From an uncultured Bacilli bacterium (GTDB lineage: Bacteria > Bacillota_I > Bacilli_A > RF39 > UBA660), in contig CANRAE010000001.1 in NCBI GenBank assembly GCA_947628525.1, positions 22,584-86,583 of the forward strand: DNA of 64,000 nucleotides, in the 5' to 3' direction. The notes under the pieces were generated by a model. It had not been told where the DNA came from. It saw nothing but the letters and a program-made list of their open reading frames with translations, and did not search any database. Position 1 is the stretch's first letter, and the number at the start of each line of letters is the position of its first letter. Positions 38,262-48,174 of the stretch are shown here, piece after piece. Both the position numbers and the translations under genes were made by a program.

Positions 38262-38917
38262 TATTCATCATCTTCTAACCAATTATACTCAAATACTTCT
38301 AATTTTTCATCTTTTTTCTCTTTATAATTTACTCTTTGCTTCTCAACATCCTCTTTATTCTTAATGCCTTTCTTACCCCATTCATATAAAATTTTATCAA
38401 TATAACGCAAATTACTAACTCCATTAAAAGTTGCTTCTTTTAACGCTTCTTTTATTAATTCTTCACTAATACCACTTTCAAGCCAAGCTTTAACAATCTC
38501 ATATTCAATAGGACTTAATGTCCTAGCAAATTCCTTTTCAATTACTTTAAAGATCTCATCATTACTATCTTCTTCATTATTGACTTCTTCCATAAACTGT
38601 AAACTTATCTTTTGATAAAAATTATCAAGAACAAAAAATTCTTCACTAATGTTTTTATCATTTTTTCTTACTTCTAAATCGATTAACTTTTGATCCACTA
38701 ATTTACCAATAGATGTCATAATATCTTTTAGATCCCATCCTAAGTCTTTTTCAATACGATTAGGATCAAACAAAGTTCTATTTCCTTCATTATATAAATA
38801 CATCAAAAAAATAAAATCATTAAGTTCAATATTCAATTTAGGATAATGTTTATACAAATACAAAGGAATAACCATATTTTTGGCTTGCACCATATCAATT
38901 ATTTTTTTATTCTTCAT
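38261..38917 (-). CDS. dnaD: DnaD-domain replication initiation/membrane attachment protein
   Basis: C-terminal DnaD repeat (LSPIEYEIVKAWL...NLRYIDKILYEW). It overlaps nth by 1 nt, as in the Bacillus dnaD-nth arrangement. Confidence 0.8.
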   Translation of the reverse strand: MKNKKIIDMVQAKNMVIPLYLYKHYPKLNIELNDFIFLMYLYNEGNRTLFDPNRIEKDLGWDLKDIMTSIGKLVDQKLIDLEVRKNDKNISEEFFVLDNFYQKISLQFMEEVNNEEDSNDEIFKVIEKEFARTLSPIEYEIVKAWLESGISEELIKEALKEATFNGVSNLRYIDKILYEWGKKGIKNKEDVEKQRVNYKEKKDEKLEVFEYNWLEDDE

Positions 38918-40007
38918 AATACCCCCATTTACTTACATAAGACTTTAAAGTTTCATTATCATTTTCTAAGTTACCGTTTAATATTAAAGATGTCAATTGT
39001 TGATATATATCTTTTATATAAGAACCTTCCTTTTTACCTAAAACATCCATTATTTCTTTGCTAGTTATCTTAATATCTTTTTTGTTAGTTATAGGTAACT
39101 GTTCAAATTTCTTAGTAATTTTTTTCTTATCAATACCTTTTAAAGTACCAGCAACACTATTAACATATAATCCATATTGATATAGTACTTCATTATTTAA
39201 ATTATTTAATTTCATAGCTTCTCTAATTTTTTTAATTAATTCTTTTTCATTCTTCGAAAAAGGATATTTATCACTTATTTTTAACGAAGACCAAATACCA
39301 ATGATATCAACATTTAATTCTATTTCATCAATATTATATATTTCTAATTCTTGATCTAATGCTAATTCTTTAATCAAACTTACTCCATATTTAGCATTAT
39401 TACTAGCAAAGATCTTGTCCAATTCGTCTTTTTTCCTTTGATAAGATAATGAAGATAAATTATGTTTAGTTTTTATAATAGCTTCTTTTACTTCATCACT
39501 TAATGTAAAATTAAGGATAGTAGCAAATCTAATAGCTCTTAAAATACGAAGAGCATCTTCATTAAATTTATTATAACTATTACCAACGGTATTGATTTCT
39601 TTTTTTTCTAAATCTTTACGACCATTAAGTAAATCAATAATTGTACCATTACTATCCATACATATAGTATTAATAATAAAATCACGTCTTGATAAATCTT
39701 CGGATAAATCATTAATATATTCTATTTCCGTAGGTCGACGATTATCTATATATTTTGTTTCTTTACGAAAGGTTGTTATTTCAAAACGAATATTATGATA
39801 AAAGACAGTTATAGAACCATAATTAACTTTTGGAATAAAAATATCTTTAAAAATTTGTTTTATATCACGTGGTGTAGCATTAGTAGCAATATCCACATCT
39901 AATGATGGTCTATTTAATAAATAATCTCTAACAAAACCACCAACTATATATGCTTTAAATCCTGCCATTTCAATTTTTTTGAGTAATTTTAATGATGTTT
40001 CTAGCAT
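38907..40007 (-). CDS. cca: CCA-adding tRNA nucleotidyltransferase
   Basis: YIVGGFVRDYLL...DVDIAT...RDFIINT. Confidence 0.85.
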   Translation of the reverse strand: MLETSLKLLKKIEMAGFKAYIVGGFVRDYLLNRPSLDVDIATNATPRDIKQIFKDIFIPKVNYGSITVFYHNIRFEITTFRKETKYIDNRRPTEIEYINDLSEDLSRRDFIINTICMDSNGTIIDLLNGRKDLEKKEINTVGNSYNKFNEDALRILRAIRFATILNFTLSDEVKEAIIKTKHNLSSLSYQRKKDELDKIFASNNAKYGVSLIKELALDQELEIYNIDEIELNVDIIGIWSSLKISDKYPFSKNEKELIKKIREAMKLNNLNNEVLYQYGLYVNSVAGTLKGIDKKKITKKFEQLPITNKKDIKITSKEIMDVLGKKEGSYIKDIYQQLTSLILNGNLENDNETLKSYVSKWGYYEE

Positions 40008-40056
40008 AGATATTCCTCCCTTTTAATTATACCAAATTTAGTTCTAAAACAAAAGT

Positions 40057-40085
40057 CAAAAAAAAATAGAGTATTGCTACTCTAT
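40057..40085 (-). terminator. Rho-independent terminator after hup
   Basis: Stem ATAGAGTA / TACTCTAT with a 4-nt loop. A run of 9 T follows on the minus strand. Confidence 0.7.
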
Positions 40086-40360
40086 TATTTGTTAACTGTT
40101 TCTTTAAGTGCAGAACCAGCTTTAAATGTAACAGCTTTTCTAGCAGGAATATGAACTGGTTTTCCTGTTTGAGGATTATGTCCCTCACGAGCTGCTCTTT
40201 TTGAAACTGCAAATGTTCCAAAACCAACTAGTGGCACTTTATCTCCTTTTGATAATGCTTTTGTGATTGTTGCAAATACAGCATCAATTGCTCTTGTAGA
40301 ATCTGCTTTAGTTAATCCAGTAGCAGTTGCAACAGCTTCAACTAATTCAACTTTTTTCAT
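40085..40360 (-). CDS. hup: DNA-binding protein HU
   Basis: MKKVELVEAVA...VPLVGFGTFAVSKRAAREGHNPQTGK. 91 aa. Confidence 0.95.
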   Translation of the reverse strand: MKKVELVEAVATATGLTKADSTRAIDAVFATITKALSKGDKVPLVGFGTFAVSKRAAREGHNPQTGKPVHIPARKAVTFKAGSALKETVNK

Positions 40361-40477
40361 TTTATTACCTCCGTATTTTTTTTATTAAGCACTATATGCT
40401 TACATATATAAAATATCATGTTTCTTTTACAAAAGCAATGGTTTTTAGCTTTTTTTAACAAATTTACATAAAAGTAT

Positions 40478-40918
40478 TTATTTAAGATGATATTTTAGTT
40501 TTTCAAGGGTATATTGAGCAAAAGGTGATAATTCATTTTTACTTAATTCACTTATATTATACCAATTAGCACCTAAGGAATCTAAGCCATCGCTTTCTTT
40601 CTTTAAATCTTGATCTTTGGCATCTACCATATATAATACCCCAATATGATGTAAATCTTCAAAAAGATCTTTTTCCATTTCCCACTTAATATTAGTTGCC
40701 GTAACATCAAAAAGTTTATAGGCATCGATGTTTATTCCCACTTCTTCCATAAGTTCTCGTTTAAGTGCTTCACATGGTAATTCGGTATGTTCGATTCCTC
40801 CTCCTGGTAAATCAAGTTTACCCTTATAACCTCCTCTTGATTTTCTTATTAATATTATTTTTTCATCTTTAATAATAATACCATAAGCTCCAATATGTGT
40901 TTTAACTACTGTTTCCAT
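40478..40918 (-). CDS. NUDIX hydrolase
   Basis: Nudix box GGGIEHTELPCEALKRELMEEVGI. Confidence 0.85.
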   Translation of the reverse strand: METVVKTHIGAYGIIIKDEKIILIRKSRGGYKGKLDLPGGGIEHTELPCEALKRELMEEVGINIDAYKLFDVTATNIKWEMEKDLFEDLHHIGVLYMVDAKDQDLKKESDGLDSLGANWYNISELSKNELSPFAQYTLEKLKYHLK

Positions 40919-40955
40919 ATAATATCCTCCATAATTATTATAAATTAATTAGTTA

Positions 40956-42431
40956 TTATATTACAATAGCAATTAAATTATTAGAGCCTTTATTAACAAT
41001 TTTAGTTAATACATTGCTTAATTTATATCTGACATTGTCAGGCATTAAAGAAATTTTAGACTGGATACCTTCTTGCACGATAACATCTAAACTGCGACCA
41101 AATATTTCACTTTTCCAAATATTAGCAGGATTAGTTTCATAATCTTTCATCAAATAATTTATTAACTCTTTACTTTGTAATTCACTACCTATAATTGGTT
41201 CAAAGGTTGATTGAACATCTACTCTAATCATGTGTATAGAAGGTGCGACTGCCTTTAATTTAACACCATAACGTGAACCTTGTTTAATTATCTCTGGTGT
41301 TTCTAATTTCATATCAGCAAGAGTTGGTGATGCTACCCCATAACCTGTTTGTTTAACCATTTTTAAAGCATATTTTATTTGATCATATTCCGTTTTAGCT
41401 TCATTATATTCTTGAAATAATGATAATAGTTCAGCTTTATTATGAACATCAATTTGAATAATGTCAGTTAAAACCTGATTATATAGTTCACTAGGAGATT
41501 CTAATGATACTATTACTTCACCAGTAGAAGGATCAACATTTGATAAATAAGCTTTTTCAATATTAGGATTATCTAAAAAATGTTTAGTAATATTTTCAAT
41601 ATCTCTTAATTTATCAACTTCAATAATACTTTCTCTAATACTATCCATATAACTTTGTTTAATTGGATTAGTACTATTTAAAATAGCAATCCATTCTGGC
41701 ATATTAACTTTAACTTCTAAGATTGGAAACTCATATAAAGCTTCTCTTAAAATATTATAAATATCTTTTTCAGTCATTGATTCAATACTAATGGGAATAA
41801 CTGGGACATGATGTTCTTCATTCAAAGATTCAGCTAATCTTTCTGTTTCTGGTAAAGTAGGATGTGTGGTATTTAATAACACAATAAAGGGTTTACCTAA
41901 TTCTTTTAATTCCCTAATTACTCTATTTTCAGCTTCTAAATAATCACTTCTTTCAAAATCACCAATTGAACCATCAGTAGTTACTACAATACCAATCGTA
42001 GAATGATCTTTAATCACTTTTTCAGTACCTAATTCGGCAGCTTCTACAAAAGGAATTTCTTCATTATACCAAGGTGATTTAACCATACGTGGTCCATTTT
42101 CATCCTCAGCTCCCTTAGCATTCTCGATGACATAACCAACACAATCTATTAATCTAATATTGCAACTAAAATCATCTATATCAATTTTCGCAGCTGTATT
42201 TGGAACGAATTTAGGTTCAATGGTCATAATTGTTTTACCACTTGAACTTTGAGGGATTTCATCTAATGCTCTTTTGCGTTCATATTCATCTTTAATATTC
42301 GGTACAACCAAAGTTTCAATTACTTTTTTGATAAAAGTACTTTTACCGGTCCTTACCGCTCCTACTACCCCCAGATAAATATCTCCTCCTGTTCTTTGTG
42401 CAATATTTTTTATTATTTCATGTTTATCCAT
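40956..42431 (-). CDS. spoIVA: Stage IV sporulation protein A
   Basis: IAQRTGGDIYLGVVGAVRTGKSTFIKK and full-length (491 aa) SpoIVA-like colinearity. Confidence 0.9.
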   Translation of the reverse strand: MDKHEIIKNIAQRTGGDIYLGVVGAVRTGKSTFIKKVIETLVVPNIKDEYERKRALDEIPQSSSGKTIMTIEPKFVPNTAAKIDIDDFSCNIRLIDCVGYVIENAKGAEDENGPRMVKSPWYNEEIPFVEAAELGTEKVIKDHSTIGIVVTTDGSIGDFERSDYLEAENRVIRELKELGKPFIVLLNTTHPTLPETERLAESLNEEHHVPVIPISIESMTEKDIYNILREALYEFPILEVKVNMPEWIAILNSTNPIKQSYMDSIRESIIEVDKLRDIENITKHFLDNPNIEKAYLSNVDPSTGEVIVSLESPSELYNQVLTDIIQIDVHNKAELLSLFQEYNEAKTEYDQIKYALKMVKQTGYGVASPTLADMKLETPEIIKQGSRYGVKLKAVAPSIHMIRVDVQSTFEPIIGSELQSKELINYLMKDYETNPANIWKSEIFGRSLDVIVQEGIQSKISLMPDNVRYKLSNVLTKIVNKGSNNLIAIVI

Positions 42432-42466
42432 ACAATATACCCCTCTTTCATATATCTTTTCAGTTA

Positions 42467-42494
42467 ACTATATGAGTATATTGTAAAAATATGC
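42467..42494 (-). promoter_or_regulatory. Candidate sigma-E-type promoter for spoIVA
   Basis: The minus strand reads GCATATT-13 nt-CATATAGT. The consensus as I recall it is kmATATT-14-CATACAhT. The element lies ~36 nt upstream of the ATG. Confidence 0.35.
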
Positions 42495-42500
42495 AAAATA

Positions 42501-42523
42501 AAATTGATATTTGATATCAATTT
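42501..42523 (-). terminator. Hairpin terminator after the spoVIF-like gene
   Basis: Stem AAATTGATA / TATCAATTT with a 5-nt loop. A T-rich tract follows on the minus strand. Confidence 0.45.
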
Positions 42524-42539
42524 CACAGTAAAATTAATT

Positions 42540-42779
42540 TTAGATCATTTTATCTAAATCTTTAGGTACTTGATCTTTAACAATGGCATTAATTATTTTT
42601 TGCGTTTTTTCTTCACTTACATCTTTACCCGCAATTGTTCCTATCTCTTTTATCAAATCGCGTAAAACCGTCTCATCTTGCATATTAGCATTTTGGACTT
42701 TGGAAGCTAAGGACATAATCGTTGCTTTATCAACATTAGTTTTTTTCTCTACTCGTTTAAAAAAAGAATCTCCAAACAT
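42540..42779 (-). CDS. spoVIF: Stage VI sporulation protein F (YjcC-like)
   Basis: FFKRVEKKTNVDKATIMSLASKVQNANMQDETV parallels Bacillus SpoVIF FFKNIEKKTGVKMQDVMNLAGSLQNANFKDENT, recalled from memory. Confidence 0.65.
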   Translation of the reverse strand: MFGDSFFKRVEKKTNVDKATIMSLASKVQNANMQDETVLRDLIKEIGTIAGKDVSEEKTQKIINAIVKDQVPKDLDKMI

Positions 42780-42824
42780 CAAAAAATACCTCCTACATAA
42801 TTATATGTAGAAAGTATTAATTTG

Positions 42825-44129
42825 TTATTCATTGCGATTTTTAAATTGCAAAGTTATAGGAGTTCCTTCTAAATCAATATTTTCACGTAATTTATTTTCT
42901 AAGTATCGTTCATAAGAAAAGTGAATTAAATTCTTATTATTGACAAAAAAAGTAAATTTAGGAGGTTTTATGCCCGTTTGACTAGTATAATATATTTTTA
43001 ACCTTTTACCTTTATAGGATGGTGGTAAATTAAGTAAATATGCATCATTTATAATTTCATTTAAAATACTAGTCTTTATTTCGCGAGTTATGTTAGCACT
43101 TACTTTTAAAACTTCTGGCATAATAGTATGAATCCTTTTTTTAGTAAGAGCTGACGTAAATACTACTGGTACATATGATAAAAATTGAAATTCACTACGT
43201 ATTTCTTTTAAATAGTCTTTCATTGTTTTCTCTTTTTCTACGGTATCCCACTTATTAACCACAATAATTAAGCCTTTACCTTTTTCTAAAACATAACCAG
43301 CAATATGTTTATCATGCTCAATAATACCTTCTTGGGCATTGATTACTAATAAACATATATCACTACGATCAATTGCTTTCATACTGCGAAGAAGACTGTA
43401 TTTTTCAATGTTTTCATACACTTTACCTTTTTTGCGCATACCGGCTGTATCAATTATTACAAACTCTTCTTTTTGATACGTTAAAATAGTATCAATGGCA
43501 TCACGCGTAGTACCAGCCACATCACTAACAATTACTCTTTCTTCATTTAATAAAGCATTTACTAAGCTACTTTTGCCAACATTTGGTCGACCAATAACAG
43601 AAAATTTTAATCTAGTATCCTCTTTTTCATCTTTATTAGTAAAATTTTTTGTTACTTCATCCATTAATTCAAAAAAACCTATCCCATGCTCACCACTAAT
43701 AGGAATATAAGTATCAAAGCCTAATTCATAAAAATCATACATGTGATCCGTAGCCTGTTTATTATCTATTTTATTAATAGCTACAATTATTCTTTTATTA
43801 CTACGTCTTAATATATCTCTTACCACCAAATCATTAGCTGTTAAACCTTCTTTACCATCCACTATAAAAACAACAACATCTGCTTCCTTTATAGCAATTT
43901 CTGCTTGTATTTTAATATCATCATTAAAATCCTCATTAGCAGCATCAATTCCTCCGGTATCTATAACATTAAATTTATAATTCTTATATACTGCATCACT
44001 ATATATACGATCTCTTGTAACTCCTGGTGTATCTTCAATAATTGAAATTTTCTTACCTACTATTTTATTAAAAATAGTACTCTTTCCAACATTAGGACGC
44101 CCTACTAATGCTACTACTGGCAATTTCAT
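42825..44129 (-). CDS. der: Ribosome-assembly GTPase Der (EngA)
   Basis: Two tandem GTPase domains (GRPNVGKST, GRPNVGKSS) and a KH-like C-terminus. Confidence 0.95.
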   Translation of the reverse strand: MKLPVVALVGRPNVGKSTIFNKIVGKKISIIEDTPGVTRDRIYSDAVYKNYKFNVIDTGGIDAANEDFNDDIKIQAEIAIKEADVVVFIVDGKEGLTANDLVVRDILRRSNKRIIVAINKIDNKQATDHMYDFYELGFDTYIPISGEHGIGFFELMDEVTKNFTNKDEKEDTRLKFSVIGRPNVGKSSLVNALLNEERVIVSDVAGTTRDAIDTILTYQKEEFVIIDTAGMRKKGKVYENIEKYSLLRSMKAIDRSDICLLVINAQEGIIEHDKHIAGYVLEKGKGLIIVVNKWDTVEKEKTMKDYLKEIRSEFQFLSYVPVVFTSALTKKRIHTIMPEVLKVSANITREIKTSILNEIINDAYLLNLPPSYKGKRLKIYYTSQTGIKPPKFTFFVNNKNLIHFSYERYLENKLRENIDLEGTPITLQFKNRNE

Positions 44130-44173
44130 ATTATCACTTCCCCTATCTAAAAAAGGTAACTACTATTAGATAC

Positions 44174-44575
44174 CTATTTACTCTTTCCTTTTTCTTCAAA
44201 TATTTGGTTATATACTTCGTCTCTTACTAATTTATAACCCATATCATTAGCTCCATTAAAAACTTGGTAATTATTATAAGTTGTTAACAATCTATAATAT
44301 GCACTATTGCTAAGAGATCCAATATTTTTAAATTTTAAATTAATAACACTATAAGTTTTAGCACAATCAACTACTCGATCTTTTAACTTGGAACCACGAT
44401 AATTCTCTATTTTATTAATATCATCACTAGATAAAGAAAAATGACTATTTTCTTCTTGATAGTGATCGTCTTTTTTTATTAATCTTAATCCCCTTAGAAA
44501 ATTACCATTTTCCGCAATAATTACTAATGGATCTTTTTGATCAGCTTCTATTATAATTTTACCTAAATTACTCAT
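44174..44575 (-). CDS. Hypothetical cytoplasmic protein (133 aa)
   Basis: AGGGGTGA RBS. No recognisable motif. Confidence 0.55.
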   Translation of the reverse strand: MSNLGKIIIEADQKDPLVIIAENGNFLRGLRLIKKDDHYQEENSHFSLSSDDINKIENYRGSKLKDRVVDCAKTYSVINLKFKNIGSLSNSAYYRLLTTYNNYQVFNGANDMGYKLVRDEVYNQIFEEKGKSK

Positions 44576-44668
44576 AAATTCACCCCTGTTTTAATATATA
44601 TATATTCATTTTCCTTTCCTTTAAATTATTTACAATTCCACTTATTTGCTAATTTTAACATATGGGTG

Positions 44669-45136
44669 TTAAAAAGTCAAATAATACCATTTATTCTTAA
44701 TATCTTTAATATTATCTTCATTAACTATCTCTACTTGTTCAACTATTTTTATAATATCATCTTGACCTATATCACCAATATCTAAATAAAAATAATTATT
44801 ATAATAATGAGCATGCTTATAATCTTTTATTAAATCAAAATCATTACTTTTCAAATAATATTTCAAGTCATTATGGACAACTATTTTTAAATCTATTGTT
44901 TTACTTATATAAGTATCAATATTATTTATTTCTAAAATTATACCAATATATTTAATATAATAAATGTGTACTTCATAAAAGCCTTCCAACACTAAATCAT
45001 ATAATTTTTTTAATTTTAAAATAATCATTTTAACATATTTACCTAATTTATCTTTATCTTCTATATTAAAATCTTTTATATAACTAGCATTTATAAAAAC
45101 TTTATAGCAATCATTATCTATAAGTTCAACTTTCAT
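44669..45136 (-). CDS. Hypothetical protein, possibly a compact MecA-like adaptor
   Basis: AGGTGG RBS. MKVELIDNDCYKVFINASYIKDFNI and NNYFYLDIGD loosely parallel the MecA MEIERINEHTVKFYMSYGDIEDRGF and NRYYLYVDF. The similarity is weak and judged from memory. Confidence 0.35.
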   Translation of the reverse strand: MKVELIDNDCYKVFINASYIKDFNIEDKDKLGKYVKMIILKLKKLYDLVLEGFYEVHIYYIKYIGIILEINNIDTYISKTIDLKIVVHNDLKYYLKSNDFDLIKDYKHAHYYNNYFYLDIGDIGQDDIIKIVEQVEIVNEDNIKDIKNKWYYLTF

Positions 45137-45189
45137 TTTACCACCTATTTTATATTATGTAGTTTCTTATTAAAGGGTAAAAAAACTCT

Positions 45190-45870
45190 TTAATTATTTA
45201 AAGAGTCGGTCTCTATTTTTGTTTCTTTTTTTACTTTTTTAAAGTTAAGATAATATATTGCCAAAGCAAAGATAACTAAAAGGACTAATGCCAATAAAAG
45301 AACTCTAATCGCATCAACAACATAAGTGAAAGAACTAATATAAAGAATGGTAGCTAAAATAGCAATTAAAGCACACTGAGAAATTTCTACACTAATATAA
45401 TTAATAAAATTAAGTCCTTTACTGTTTCTTCTTAGACATATAGGTAATTTATTAATAACCAAAAGTGATGCGATAATAGGTACACATACTATGATACTTA
45501 TTTTAGCAATATCACCAAAGTGTTTTAATGGCTCTTCTACTATTAAGAAAAAGGATATAATAGTTAAAATATAACAAAATAATATGTAAATATCGAAAGC
45601 ATTAATTAATTTTCTACTAAAAGCATAAGTTTTATCAAATAAATTTATTTTATAATTAATAATATATATTATTACTACTGATAATATAATAGCTAATAAC
45701 AATATAATAATTTCATTAGTACTATTAAAAGAAGAAAAAATAACACCTGTATGATGACAAAAAAGAATATTAAATAAATTTAAAAAGCAACTAATGATGA
45801 AAAAGACAAAGAAAAGATTAAATAACTGCCAGCTTTTACCTTTTTCTTTATTAAAAAGATTACTTAACAT
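45190..45870 (-). CDS. Polytopic membrane protein, unknown family (paralogue 2)
   Basis: About 6 TM helices. N-terminus MLSNLFNKEKGK is shared with the upstream neighbour. Confidence 0.6.
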   Translation of the reverse strand: MLSNLFNKEKGKSWQLFNLFFVFFIISCFLNLFNILFCHHTGVIFSSFNSTNEIIILLLAIILSVVIIYIINYKINLFDKTYAFSRKLINAFDIYILFCYILTIISFFLIVEEPLKHFGDIAKISIIVCVPIIASLLVINKLPICLRRNSKGLNFINYISVEISQCALIAILATILYISSFTYVVDAIRVLLLALVLLVIFALAIYYLNFKKVKKETKIETDSLNN

Positions 45871-45871
45871 A

Positions 45872-46558
45872 CTAACAACTCCTATCTACATTAAAAGCCT
45901 GAGGAAGATCAGTTTTAATATTTTCAGATACCTTAATGTTAAATAAACAAATAGTTATTATCATAACGATAAATGTTATAACATCATATAACCAATCATT
46001 TATATTACTTCCTTTAAATAAATAAGAAAAGATGGAACTTAGTTCACTAGATACAATTAATAACGTTATACAATTTAAAATATTTAATCCTAAACCATTA
46101 TTCTTTTTTAATAAATCAAAACTATTAATTACAAATATTAATACTAAATAAATAATCAAATCAACTATATTTAATGCTAAATCTTTATTATCAATAACTT
46201 TATATTGGACAATTAGTCCCAAAAAATCATTAGTAATAGATATTAACATCAAAGGTGTAATTATAAATAAGATAATGTTAAAAATGTTTTTACTAAGTGC
46301 ATAGTCTTTACCAAATAAATGTAATTTGGTGTTAGCTAAATATAGCGTTGCACTAGAAATACCTATATTTATTAAATGCGTAAGTAAAAAATAAATAAAT
46401 GAAGATATAGAAAAACCAGAATAATCACCATGCGAAGGTAATAAATATTCGATCAACTGCCAAACAAATGATACTAAATAAAACAATATTAGTACTACAA
46501 AAATGGCATTTAATAATTTTAAAAAACCTGATTTTTCTTTATTAAACAAATTCTTCAT
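45872..46558 (-). CDS. Polytopic membrane protein, unknown family (paralogue 1)
   Basis: About 6 TM helices. The start at 46558 (MKNLFNKEKSG) has GGAGG 7 nt upstream. The ORF-track TTG at 46564 is too close to the RBS. Confidence 0.6.
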   Translation of the reverse strand: MKNLFNKEKSGFLKLLNAIFVVLILFYLVSFVWQLIEYLLPSHGDYSGFSISSFIYFLLTHLINIGISSATLYLANTKLHLFGKDYALSKNIFNIILFIITPLMLISITNDFLGLIVQYKVIDNKDLALNIVDLIIYLVLIFVINSFDLLKKNNGLGLNILNCITLLIVSSELSSIFSYLFKGSNINDWLYDVITFIVMIITICLFNIKVSENIKTDLPQAFNVDRSC

Positions 46559-46624
46559 AATCAATCCTCCATTTTACTAATATGAGTATACCAAAAAATT
46601 TAGCAAAGGACAATTATTATATTT

Positions 46625-47218
46625 TTATACTATTTCAATAGTTAAATCTTCTATTATTTTTAATATTTCTTCTCTTCCTAGCTTAGTTACACTAGAAAAC
46701 AAAACAATATCATCACCAACAACTAAATCAAAGCTGTCTTTAACTGTTTTATAATTAGCATCTTTCTTACTAGATGGCACTTTATCTACCTTAGTTGCTA
46801 CAATAGTAACAGGAATATGATAATATTTAAGAAAGTTATACATCATTAAGTCATCATCAGTTGGCTTATGTCTAAAATCGATTAACATAAAAACGCGTTT
46901 TAAAACATCACGTTTTTCCAAATATTCTTCGATCATTAAGCCAAATTTCTGTTGTTGTTCCTTACTAGTTAAGGCGTAACCATATCCTGGTACATCAACT
47001 AAATAAAAGCTATCATTAACTTCATAAAAATTTAAAGTCTGCGTTTTACCTGGTGTTGCTGATACTCTTGCCATATTACGAACATTAACTAAGGTGTTTA
47101 TAAAACTACTTTTTCCAACGTTACTTCTTCCTACTAATAAAAATTCTGGTTTACCATCAGTAGGATATTGACTTCTTCTAACGGCACTTATATAAAGATC
47201 TACTTTATTAATTTTCAT
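46625..47218 (-). CDS. engB: Ribosome biogenesis GTP-binding protein EngB (YsxC/YihA)
   Basis: ISAVRRSQYP...GRSNVGKSSFINTL...DVPGYGYA. The ATG at 47218 follows GGTGA. Confidence 0.9.
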   Translation of the reverse strand: MKINKVDLYISAVRRSQYPTDGKPEFLLVGRSNVGKSSFINTLVNVRNMARVSATPGKTQTLNFYEVNDSFYLVDVPGYGYALTSKEQQQKFGLMIEEYLEKRDVLKRVFMLIDFRHKPTDDDLMMYNFLKYYHIPVTIVATKVDKVPSSKKDANYKTVKDSFDLVVGDDIVLFSSVTKLGREEILKIIEDLTIEIV

Positions 47219-48167
47219 TTTTATCACCTTTATTTTCTAAATATAACTTACATACTTCATCTAGTTCTTCAATAAGAGAATCGGCTTCTTCAATACTAGA
47301 TACTTTAGCTCCACTAGCATAAGCATGTCCACCACCATTATGTTTTTCGGCAACATGATTAATAATTGGTCCCCTAGAACGAATATTAATTTTGATGACA
47401 TTATTTTTTACATCTTCACTAGCAATAACCCACGCTATTACTTCTTCAATATAATTAAAGTTATTGATCAAATTACCACTAGAACCAACATCAACACCAA
47501 ATTTATTGATAATATCATTTGATATTTTGATACTACCTAAACCATTTTCACTTACTTTCATATTTTCAGAAATATAACCTTGCAACCTTATTTCATTTAA
47601 TGGTCGCATAAAAATATTACTGTATAGTTCTGGTAAATCTAAATTAAATTCCGCAACTAATTTAGATACTATTTCAAAGGTTTTATAACTAGAATTTACT
47701 AAAAAACGATTAGTATCTGAAACAATTCCTAAAAAAATGATTTTAGCAACATCATAGTCTAACACTAACGGTGTATTATCAATTAGGCAATATATTATTT
47801 CTGATGCACTACTAGCTTTATCATCTATATATTCAATATCAGCAAACGTTTCAATATAAGGATGGTGATCTATTTTAATACGATATGCAAATTGATCAAA
47901 ATCAGTAACATCAATACGTTTTTTATCTGGTGTATCAACTACTATTAATAATGCATTCTGATACTCACTTACTTTATCTAATTTAGGAAAATAATTAAAT
48001 TTATTACTACCTGTACCTACTGCATAAACCTTTTTTTGCGGAAAAGTTTTTTTGATTGATTCTCTTAAAGCCATTTGACTAGCCAAAGCATCGGGATCAA
48101 CCCCTATATGTCTGGCAATTACAATGGTATCAAATTTTTCTATTTTCTTATAAATTTCTTTCAACAT
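47208..48167 (-). CDS. nrnA: DHH/DHHA1 phosphoesterase (NrnA-like nanoRNase/pAp phosphatase)
   Basis: ARHIGVDPDALAS, DHHPY and GGGHAYASGA motifs. Confidence 0.8.
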   Translation of the reverse strand: MLKEIYKKIEKFDTIVIARHIGVDPDALASQMALRESIKKTFPQKKVYAVGTGSNKFNYFPKLDKVSEYQNALLIVVDTPDKKRIDVTDFDQFAYRIKIDHHPYIETFADIEYIDDKASSASEIIYCLIDNTPLVLDYDVAKIIFLGIVSDTNRFLVNSSYKTFEIVSKLVAEFNLDLPELYSNIFMRPLNEIRLQGYISENMKVSENGLGSIKISNDIINKFGVDVGSSGNLINNFNYIEEVIAWVIASEDVKNNVIKINIRSRGPIINHVAEKHNGGGHAYASGAKVSSIEEADSLIEELDEVCKLYLENKGDKNEN

Positions 48168-48174
48168 ATTATTC

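Noticed and set aside
40027-40227. 66-aa minus-strand ORF overlapping hup out of frame
   Set aside because: It overlaps the HU gene and its terminator, so it is a frame artefact.
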